Shown piece after piece: positions 23,820-33,895 of a stretch of DNA of 43,408 bases. The stretch is taken from contig JALDZX010000047.1 in assembly GCA_022813865.1 (NCBI GenBank), forward strand, positions 124,001-167,408. Direction: 5' to 3'. Source of the DNA: Xylographa opegraphella (taxonomy: Eukaryota). The notes beneath the pieces were generated by a model, which ran no database searches, had not been told where the DNA came from, and worked only from the letters and a program-made list of their open reading frames with translations. The position numbers and the translations under genes are program-made. The first letter of the stretch is position 1; every line of letters starts with the position of its first letter.

Positions 23820-25640
23820 AGCAAGTTAAGTGCGGGTTTGTGTGGTTGTCCAGGAGAAGGTCGCGTCTGGATGTCACATTGGAGGTTCGATGGGTGAAAT
23901 ACACAGCGTCGTGGTGAATAATGGTTTGCAGAATGTTGACGGTTCAACGTCGTCTGCTCTGTTGGCGCGTTTTTCTAACGTCACTTGGTAAAACAGCAAA
24001 AGGAGTTGGTGGTGGTGGAGGCGGGCAGGGGTCGGTCACCGGGGGCTAGTTGTTTTCAGGGAAAGTGCCGCTCTCCAAACACACAAACCTGGGAAGTGGT
24101 GGATGCGCACAAGGCCGATGGAGTAGCACTACAGCACATTCACCGACGAGATCAACACTGATGCAGCGACGATCTCTGCGACACAGACACTTCTAAATAA
24201 AGACGAAGTGCAGCCGTCTTCCAGACTCTCGTTGCTCACCGTGCAATGATTTACTTTGTAATGTCAATATTAACTGCGGTGTTGACTGGACACTCGCGAG
24301 ACCGGCCAAGAGCCTAGCCGCTCTGGCCCTAGCTCGAGCCTAGGCAGCCAGTGACGTATGGGCAGAGTTACGATGAAGAGGCTAGTCCACTTCAAGCAGG
24401 TTCTATCACGTTGCATCTCTTCCGAGGTATTACTTATTGATCGGTTGTATGTAGCATGGACGAGAAGAAAGGTACTGCCCGTTTGATGCTTTGTTCAGCT
24501 ACGAGAGACGTCGGCTGACAGAGTACAGTACACTCTTGAGAATTATTCCCAGCCGACCTACCTTAGATACGCCGTAACTTAAAAAGTCCTTCTCAACTCC
24601 TCACCCGCCAATGCAGGTCCGGCCGGCTAGCTGCCCTCTAGCCGATTGTTTCAGGCTCGCATACGCCATGTGATTGGTTGAAGGCCTGTCCTGACCCTGC
24701 TATCGATTGCGTCTCGCCGCTGGCCACAAATAGAAATTTTGATTGAGGCGGCTCTGATGAATGATCATCCAGCAATCCTCCTCCGTGTCCAATACCATTG
24801 TACTCGACGTCGATCATCCGCACCTGCACTTGCACTGGCCAGACCATGCGGCATGGGTCCGACCAGGGACCAATGCTGCAGTCATGTTGCAGGAGTATGC
24901 TTGCTGAATCGATACCTGGGAACTTTGTGCGTCCACCTGACTTTCGCCATCGGTGCGAAGCTCTTCACCAGCGCCTTTGGACCCGCCACCAGGACAGTTA
25001 TCCACGCATGTCGTACAGATCCTGCCTTGCCACTCGACTCATCCATATGCCGAGTCCTGGTCGAGAGGCGGAGCACTGCATCGGCCACCGCAGAGGACTG
25101 TAAGCTGCTCCTGCAGGCACTCGGACTGCAACCCCCGCGGATGGGCCGCTATAGAGAGCGGATATGGGACGGCCTCTTATGTGTGAGTTACCGGTGCCGA
25201 TGGCTGTCTAAGCTACACACTATGTACATACGCCTTGCCGCCAGATGCCGCCACGTCCATAATGACATTGTTCTCTGCCAAGCTAATCCATCCTCAAGTC
25301 AGTCCATGGCGGTGTTGGTCATGCCACCCGGGCCAGACTTGTCGACCATAGCCATCAGGAATGATCTGTGTTGGAATCAGGACTATCCGAGAGCCCTCAT
25401 GAACCCATACCGACCGTTCCAGGGCGCGCGAGTGGGAGACATTATGTTACTGCGTAGGGAAGTGAAACCTGGAGAACTTATCTATGATATAAAGCGCCGC
25501 TCGCGCTGCACCGCTCCAAAGCATGATTGCCTCCGTTATAGTGCAGGATCTGTGACGTGATCTGTAGGAATTGGCCACATGTTCTGGCTGATCAAGCCGT
25601 CTGCTGTACGGAGTCCGGTTGCTCATGTGGTTGTTGTTAG

Positions 25641-26933
25641 CTAGCTCGCTAATGGCATTTTCCCGTATTCTTCCGTATCCTCGAGAGTGTGTCGTGGAGC
25701 GGGATCTGGCTCGCTCGACGAGGAATCTGCCTCACTTGACGCAGAATCTCCAGCAGTAGACTGCGATTGCCCAGGCTGATTGATCCGACCAGCATTGAGG
25801 TTCAAATAAAGGTATCCAGTTTGGGCTTTCGCCTTCGCAGCATACCCTCCATCTCTACCCTCAATCCAAAGATCCCATTCTCCATCTCCTTTGTCTTTGC
25901 CACACACCCTCATCGGTTCCTCGGCATACAGTGGAGCCAAGTTGCGGTACTCGATCTCGTTAATTGGATCACTGTTGACTCTTATCTTCCGATCGTGGAC
26001 CTGCGTCGATCGACTTGCAAGGTGCCTGCGAAGAAGCTCCACCATGAGTACGAGAGTCAAAGGTCCATGTACAAGTAGATTCCGATGCCCTTCGATCTCT
26101 TGGCAGTATTGCTTGTCAAGGTGGATTCGGTGTGCATTGAAAGTCAAAGCGGAGAAGCGGAAGAGTAGGGCAGCCGTGGGTGTCAATATATGCGAGAACG
26201 TTGGGTCCTGTGGAGGCTTCAGTATCTTGCCTGGCTTCTTTTGGCCATCCGCTGCCACGTCCCTCGTCCGCTCTCTCATGAAAACAATGTTTCGATGCTC
26301 GATGATAGAACAATATTCATCTTTATCCAATTTCATACGAAGCATTCTGTCACCTCCCCCCTCTGGAGCATAAGCTTTGTGATGCTTCACGGAGAGCAAT
26401 TGGCTGATACGACGCTCAATAGTCACATAAATTTTCTCGTCCCCAGAGATACCTTTGATGGTAACATCGCTAATACGCTCTGAACAGTATACACGTTGAT
26501 TCAGAATTCTCATACTCGCGCCAGGCGCAGGATGGAAATTGATACGCCCACCGGCCCACATACGGCGAACGAACGGGTCCCCAGGAGACTGCTCGGGATC
26601 AGTACCATCAGGCAGGAGAGCCGATAGGCGGCTTGGTGGGGGGAAGAGAACAAGATGGTAAGTTGGTGGAAGGTTGCGTCCCTTTTCTGTAGTACTTGGT
26701 AACCTTGGTGGTAGTGAAATCGCAGAAGGAGGGAGGAAGTCCGCTAAGGTCACAGAGAGCAGATAGTCTTGCATTGGGGTAAGTATATCACGAAGGAGTG
26801 GCAAGCGACGTGAAGTAAGCTCTTTGTGAAGATAGGCAAAGGTCGATGCCCATCTTGGCAATAGGCTTTGTTTGAAAGGCCTTAGCCACAGCCTTCTGTG
26901 GACAATGACGTGGCAGTGACAGCCTCTCAACAT
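25641..26933 (-). CDS. HTD2: Mitochondrial hydroxyacyl-thioester dehydratase type 2-like protein (double hot-dog, MaoC-like), 430 aa
   Basis: LLPDGTDPEQSPGDPFVRRMWAGGRI and the hydratase-2 motif LLFRFSALTFNAHRIHLDKQYCQEIEGHRNLLVHGPLT, plus IEYRNLAPLYAEEPM. First ATG at 26933 gives an Arg-rich, acid-free N-terminus (MLRGCHCHVIVHRRLWLRPF). Confidence 0.82.
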   Translation of the reverse strand: MLRGCHCHVIVHRRLWLRPFKQSLLPRWASTFAYLHKELTSRRLPLLRDILTPMQDYLLSVTLADFLPPSAISLPPRLPSTTEKGRNLPPTYHLVLFPPPSRLSALLPDGTDPEQSPGDPFVRRMWAGGRINFHPAPGASMRILNQRVYCSERISDVTIKGISGDEKIYVTIERRISQLLSVKHHKAYAPEGGGDRMLRMKLDKDEYCSIIEHRNIVFMRERTRDVAADGQKKPGKILKPPQDPTFSHILTPTAALLFRFSALTFNAHRIHLDKQYCQEIEGHRNLLVHGPLTLVLMVELLRRHLASRSTQVHDRKIRVNSDPINEIEYRNLAPLYAEEPMRVCGKDKGDGEWDLWIEGRDGGYAAKAKAQTGYLYLNLNAGRINQPGQSQSTAGDSASSEADSSSSEPDPAPRHTLEDTEEYGKMPLAS

Positions 26934-27367
26934 GGTGATGGATACTATACAAGTTCTAGGGTATGTAACGAGGAAATAATCCAAGATGAACTCGCAAAGT
27001 AGGTAGACAAGGTAGTTTCGATAAATGAGGTCGACGCGCTAAATAGCTTTAGGACCTAGAGGCTAGTGCTACCGGCGGCTAAAGACCGCTAGAGATTTTA
27101 GCGATGGGCATTGGGTGCCCGAAGTTAGACTATCTAAGGTAGACCTACAGTTGCTAACGCGCGTCCCTTACGACCATAATGATACCTTCCTCAGACGTTA
27201 ATTTCAAAAAGTAACATAACCTTGAGAGGCTCAATAGGAAAGTATAGCAGACAAGTTGGACAATGCTTACTATATCAGAGACATGAATTGCGCGCGATTC
27301 GTCTGTCCCGAGCACGCGGCTCTCTGCGTTGATATTGAGCATCAATCCCTTCAATGCTTCGGCGGGC

Positions 27368-28837
27368 ATGTATCTTCGTCTACGCTCCAACTCACTCCTT
27401 CTCCCGGCAGCTTTCCTCGGTGGTATCGCGGTCGTAGTGCTCTTTATCGTGTACGGTACTCGCAGCGATTACGATAGGCTGAATCCCGCCATAGGGCGGC
27501 TTCTCCCTGCTGGCCATTGTCTTTGTCGCTCGAGCGTAACATTTAAATGTACTACCTGCCTTGACTCGATCGGTACCATCTCCGACTCCGTCATAGACAC
27601 GGTCTGGGAGTTCCGATATGGACGAGACGATGGCAACGAGGGACTGACCCCGGATCAATGCGCCCACGCTTTCCCCGGCCTATTCGAGGATATCAAGAGG
27701 GCGAAGGATGCTCGTGGCGGCAAGAAGATTGAAAAATCAGATTTGGATGCTATGGTGGTGTACAAAGGCATGGTGCGAGCAATGATATACGCGGGTGAAT
27801 TGTACGTCATTGAGGTGCATTGCATGGGCGACGATCATCGAAGAAAGGTTGTCGCTACACTCTCTTCGGTCTATCGCGCCATGACCGCTGTCGCTTCCCG
27901 ACGGGCACTTCCGAATATCGAGTTCTTCTTCACGATAGAAGACATGGCAGATGATCCAAATACTCCACTTTGGGTACTTACGCGACGTATTCAGGACGAG
28001 ATGGTATGGCTGATGCCTGACTTTGGTTTTTGGAGCTGGAACATCGAAGGAATAGGCCCCTTCGGTCAAGTGCTGTCCGAGATCGCTGCAAGAGACACCG
28101 ATCCCGATGGTGGGTGGTCGCGAAAGATTCCTAAGCTCGTCTGGCGCGGAAAGCCATCCTTCAATTTCAAGCTGCGACGAGCGCTACTAGATGTCGCGAG
28201 CGGCAAGCCCTGGGCTGATGTACGGGCTATTCAATGGCAGAGCGAGACCAGCATGCGAGAGAGCTTTCTAAGCTCGGTAAATTATTGCGACTACATGTTC
28301 CTTGCTCACGCCGAAGGTCGGAGTTACTCGGCGGCACTGAAGTACCGCCAGGCCTGCCGTAGCGTGGTGGTTATTCACAAAATGCAGTGGATTCAACATC
28401 ATCATTATCTTCTGGTCTCGAATGGCACGCAGCAGAACTTCGTGGAGGTCGAGCGAGACTTTTCGGACCTGGAGTCGAAAATAGCATACCTGCTCCAGCA
28501 TCCGGACGAAGCGCGACGTATAGCAGACAACGGTGTCAAGGTGTTTAGAGAGCGTTATCTGACTGCTGCTGCGGAGGCCTGTTACTGGCGAGCTCTCATA
28601 CGCGGGTGGGCGGAAGTCTCCTTCGAGCCTGAATTGTATGAAATGGATGAATTGAGTGGACAAGCTAGGGCTCGTGGACTGAGAATTGAGAGCTTCATGT
28701 AAGACATCCCCACGAACACTGCACGTGACTTTATCTGAAATCGCGTTTCTAGATTGCTGTCAAGCTCGGAGCAACTGCAGTTTCGTGCCCGAGACAATGT
28801 CCTGTCGAACAGGGTAACCGCTGCTCATGTTTCTTGA
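27368..28837 (+). CDS. CAP10-domain / glycosyltransferase family 90 (POGLUT/KDELC-like) type II membrane protein, about 471 aa; exons 27368-28698, 28753-28837
   Basis: N-terminal TM anchor (LLLPAAFLGGIAVVVLFIVY). Motifs QCAHAFPGLFEDI, LPNIEFFFTIED, WLMPDFGFWSW, KIPKLVWRG, YCDYMFLAHAEGRSYSAALKYRQACRSVVV, FRERYLTAAAEACYWRALI. Probable terminal intron GTAAGA(28699)...TTCTAG(28752). If unspliced, the ORF stops at 28702. Confidence 0.85.
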
Positions 28838-31544
28838 CGCCGGGCAATATCCATATGTGGCAGTGGGTTGAGCCATTCTTCCGTAACCGGCAACCTACAC
28901 TCAGCGCCCTTGAAAGGAATGATCTAATCATTGGTGAAGTCATTATTGTTTGGGATATAATAAGATGATTCCCCCCAACCTTCCATCCTTCTTCACAGGA
29001 CACATATCCAATATAAGTAGATCGTTATTTTCAGCAGTTTTCTCGGGAGTCACACACTTGTTGGATGAGCTTCATTCGTGAAGCCGTCTTACGCAAAATC
29101 TACCCGCAAGAGTTGAGCAAACATTTCTCTTCTCCTCCCCACTCCTCGCGCCCACTTCTCTCATTCCTTCTCCACTGACCTTGGATGACTGTGTTGCCAT
29201 AGTGGCACAAAGACTTGATGAATTGGTGGGTGAGGAGGAAATACAGTACCTTTCGGCGGGTGTAGGTACTACATATATGTATGAAGGTCACTTGAGATGT
29301 TCGCAAAATCAACGGGATTAGGCCTCGATACTTGTGAGGTGGTAATGAGACTCTCCGGTAGTTCGAAAATCGCATACATACTGGCGGGATTACTATGATA
29401 CCCAGGATTGACTTGCGGGAGGTGTCTCTGTTAATTATAAGCCTGATCCTTCCACATATGACCAATAGTGGTCTTACACGACCTAAGGCTCTTTCAAGGA
29501 GTGATCACGATGCCCAAGTCCAGGTCTACCAATTCATCCGTCTCGGCCAAACACTCTGGATTAGCAATGTTGACACTGTATCAGCACGCAGTACACGGGG
29601 CGCATCTGATTGTTTACATGGCTCTGCTTACACCGCATGAGAGCTGATAATCATGTTTCGCGCTCCACGCCGATAATGTGGTAACACATCTCTCCGCCAA
29701 AACAATGGAAGTCTGCTGGATCCATGTTGCTCTGTATCAGGATCCGATATCTGATACGGATAGTGAATGCGGCGGAAGCCAGAGTGGTGCAGGCGAATAT
29801 GAAGACATGCATTTAAAGGCTTTTACCGAAGTGGGCGGATTCGAGGTAAGATATCAAAGCGAGGGAATATTATATCACATAGTTGAAAGGTGCAAAAGTA
29901 CCGGTCAACGGTCAGTACTGCGCACTGGTTTGTACAGTGGAGTGAAGGCTGTCTGGTGCAAGACTTGGAACCGTTAGAAACGAGTGAACCTGAATACAAA
30001 TATGCGCTGGACATGCAAAGCAGTGCCCTAGTACCTACTTTCAATAGTGATTCTGCGGCCTAGCGTTCAGGACGTAGTTTTTAAATCATAATTCTCTGCG
30101 CATTGTGGCGAGTCTATGTCGAACAGAGAAAATCGAAGATGTAAAGTGTTCTCACTCTCACTAACAGTTTGATGAGTGGGCATCAAGTACAGCAGAAAGC
30201 CTAGCTGAATGCTGTACTCCGATACTCTGGGTGAGATGTCTCGGTTGAAGAGCGGCGACGCCACGGATCGGTGAGTGAGCTGACCATAGAGTACAGGTTC
30301 TGCAGAATAGAGCAACGTGATACAGGATTGCTCACTTTGTACGGATATATCCTACCAATGATGTGAGGACAGTCGCCTGTCTTGACCTCTAGAAATACTG
30401 GACACAATATGATTCGTCACACCTTACGACCTGCATGGCTCGAAAAGGGGCAGATTTTATACCCATATTCTCAGGCGCTAAGGGACATACTAGACTCTCT
30501 TGCGTACAGACCTCCGTATGGCCCGTTCTACAGTCGATTAGTGCGTAGCAATGAGAGCGTTCTCATTGATGGTGTGTACGGATAGTATACCTAGGTTGCA
30601 GGGTTATTCCGAAAGCAGCTTAGCTCGTGTTTTTCAGGAGTTGGGTTAGATTGTTGTGCAGCCTTCACATTTATCCATTCCGTGCAACTTCTCTGCTTGG
30701 ACCACGAGATGGCAATGGCTCTTCCAGATCGGGTAGCTATTAGCTGTCCGCTGGCCATTTGTGACATGATCAGGTAGCTGTCAGCTGTCCGTCAGCCACT
30801 TGTGACATGGTGCCAGACATATCAGCCAATATTGGATAGCAGCGCTTAGATAGTTGATCAGGTCCGATCACTTTTGGACGGTAGGATGGAAAGAATTCTT
30901 TTTGGTCCTTAGAATGTCTTCACAACTGATGCACTTTCTCCACCGTCTCCTGTTGAACATTGACATCACCATTTCAGATGGCTGAACCAATGGTGCATCC
31001 TCAGCTTGTGTGTGTCCATGGAGGCTGACGTGTGGAGTAGCACAAGGGATCCAATTGAAGTGGCTATCGAAGCACTCAAATCGGTCCTAGCATTATTGCA
31101 TTTGCCGGACTGTCCATATTCGTGGAAATGCTAGCTACACGGACTTACTCCCTGTGGCCCCAGCATTTCTCTGCCAGCTTCCCACTGCCTCTTGCTCGGG
31201 AAATCTGATTCTCATATTTGAGCTTGCAGCAATACGACAGAATTCTGGTTGTACATTAAGCACCTACGGGTTAGTTGAAATAGTGCTCTCGGCTGGCACC
31301 TCACGTGAGGCGAAATGGCACGTGATGGATTACTCACCGCGGCGTCGCACTGGCGCTAGCCACTAGTTTAGGCATCCGTTCTATTTGCATCTTCCTTCTC
31401 TGTGCTTATTGACTGCTAGCATTTTGTAAATTCGCTATAATCACTTTTCAATTTGGAATATTAAGTATAGAAACTAGACTACTGCAGCTGCTTTGCCGTT
31501 CAGGGATATCATACATTACCCAAGGCTGAACGAGGAAGATAATT

Positions 31545-33333
31545 ATGCATGTCAGGATTCTCCCATTTACTGCAACATCGATCGTGCTTCTTGCACCCTT
31601 CATTGCTTTTAGTCGCGCGATTCTTCCCCGCAATGAAACACCGGTTGAAAAGAATGCTAATCATATTTTCAATGCAATCCACTCATCCATGCGACAATGG
31701 GGCTCCTCATTGAATCATAATGGCATGTCCTTCTTTCCTGCGTACTTGCCAGCGGGAACAGAGCTTTACCATGGCACAAGCACTCCGGACCCGGTCGAAG
31801 TCATGGAATGGCTCGCCTTCGAGCCTGAGCATGCCTTGAACTTTGCTTGGTGGATACAAGATGAGCTTGCTGTGAATGATTCGGAATATCACAATGTCAA
31901 TGGCCAATCAATTAAGTGGTTGCTGGATACTGATCAGACCAGGGCTGTCATGAGACAGACCCTAGAAATAGAACCAGGTGACCACACCAAGCAGTTCCAG
32001 GATAGTTTACAGCATGCTCTCCCTCACATGGGACGGCAGCCTCCCGCAAGAAAGCGATCAACTCCTAGGCCATCACCTGAAAGGAAAGCTGGGTGGCTTC
32101 ACACCTACATAATGAAACGTGACCTTCGCTTGGTCTATATCGACGGCCAATCTGCTGCGAAATCTTCGAAAGGTACCTTGGACTCGCAAGATTATGTCTT
32201 TGATATTGAAGCGAGGAAAACCCCTTGGTTCGATCGCAACAGAGCACTACATATGTGTAAGATTGCTGTGGAAGACTGGAATGAGCGTATCGACGGTTTT
32301 GTCCGAATGGAACACGGCTTCGAGCTCATCCTATGTGATTTTAAAAATAACGCTGATATGATTCGAGCTGAAAGAGCAATAGGCTATTTTCATACAGGCC
32401 AAAAGTATGTCACTATGGCAAATTTCTGGTTCTTGAAAGCCATTACAGCACGCTATCATGGTATTGGGATGAAGAGAGTATTGCTGGATTACTCTCGCAT
32501 GGTTACTGCTTTTGCTTATGATATCAATTTGTTCTCCGATCGGACAGAACTCCCTCGCTTGAAAGGTGTTTTGAGGGATGATCGGGCAAAGATTTTTGCG
32601 GACCTGTCAGAAAGCGTTACGCATGATAGCTATCAGCCTTTTCCTCAGTGGACCGACTGGCAAGCCATCGCAGATATGATTGTCGCAAGATATAGTGATA
32701 CTCTTTATGAACTTGCTTACAGCTCCTTCTACGACTCCCAGAAGCATGTTGAGGTGGGGATCAATCTGCTTATGCGACCTTTCATCGACACGGACTATCG
32801 GAATATCACTCTCGAAATCCAACGCTGCGCGTCACATTTCATGCCATCGAATTATACCTCCTCAATTCCCTCGGTTGCAGTTTCTAGTATCTCGGACCTG
32901 ATATGCTCGACATTGTTCGCAGCTGTTGATCAGAAGTCCCTCCACGAGGCAAGGCGGATCCTCCAGGAACTAGTCGAGTATCTCGCGTGGACGTCATGGA
33001 AGGAGTGTAGAGGGTGCCGGCGCGATGAGCTCTGCTATACCGCCATCTGTATGTAGACTATCTAGTTCACCTCTCCCCTTCTGGCATAACCCTGATATTC
33101 AAGCAAAACTCCCGAACCACATCGATACTTGCATGGCGGTGGAGAGAAGGGGATGATCTCTGCGATACTCTCTATTCCACAGGAGAGAACTTACTTGAAG
33201 AAATATGCTGAGGCGACAATCTTCTACAGGGCCATATGGGAACAAGGAAGACCACACACATCCGTCTTGCAAGAACATGACGGAAGCTTGGAACCGATCG
33301 AGTTATTGGAGCGCAGCTCATGGCCCTCAATGA
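31545..33333 (+). CDS. Conserved fungal secreted protein of unknown function, about 535 aa; exons 31545-33048, 33230-33333
   Basis: Signal-peptide-like N-terminus (MHVRILPFTATSIVLLAPFIAFSRA). Family motifs NANHIFNAIHSSMRQWGSSLNHNGMSFF, LYHGT, MEWLAFEPEHA, YIDGQSAAKS..GTLDSQD, DWQAIADMIVARYS, LAWTSWKECRGC...C..AIWPYG. Intron GTATGT...GCTGAG...TACAG (181 nt) restores IWPYGNKEDHTHPSC. Confidence 0.85.
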
Positions 33334-33895
33334 CTGATTGCTACTAAAGGCTTGTACTAGAAGTGCCGAGAATATAGCGCCAATGGTATCTGGCCGGCAC
33401 ACCACCTCAAGGATATTAGCGGCGCATTTCATAATCCGGAATCATGGTTCTTCAACAACGCTTTGATAGTGACATTCCGAGCCAGATCCTCCAATGAATA
33501 CCGAAAAATTACTTAAACATACACCCGGACATGGTCAAACTCCTCGAATACACCCTTCTTATCCAAACATATCCCAACTAATTATCTTACAATAAGTTGT
33601 CGCTGCTGCTGCAATTATCATCACCGTTGTCGCTGTCGCTGTATGGTTATTATCGCCGCTAATTTAAATAAAAAATAAAAAACGTTCGCAGTGAACGGCA
33701 GCGATGGCGGAACATTGACAGCAACAGCGACGCCGTACGACTTATTAGTAGAATAATTGGTTGGGCCCGTTGGGGTACAACTGGGTACGAAAGGGTTACC
33801 ATTATGCCCCATCTCCTCATCACTCCTATCCCTCTCACGGATGACATTCACGATATCCCACAACTCCGTTCAACCTTCGCTGCGACTTCATTGGC

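Noticed and set aside
24739..25560. 273-codon + strand ORF between SMI1 and HTD2
   Set aside because: Cys/Arg-rich random-looking composition with no recognisable motif. Cannot be supported as a gene without expression or homology data.
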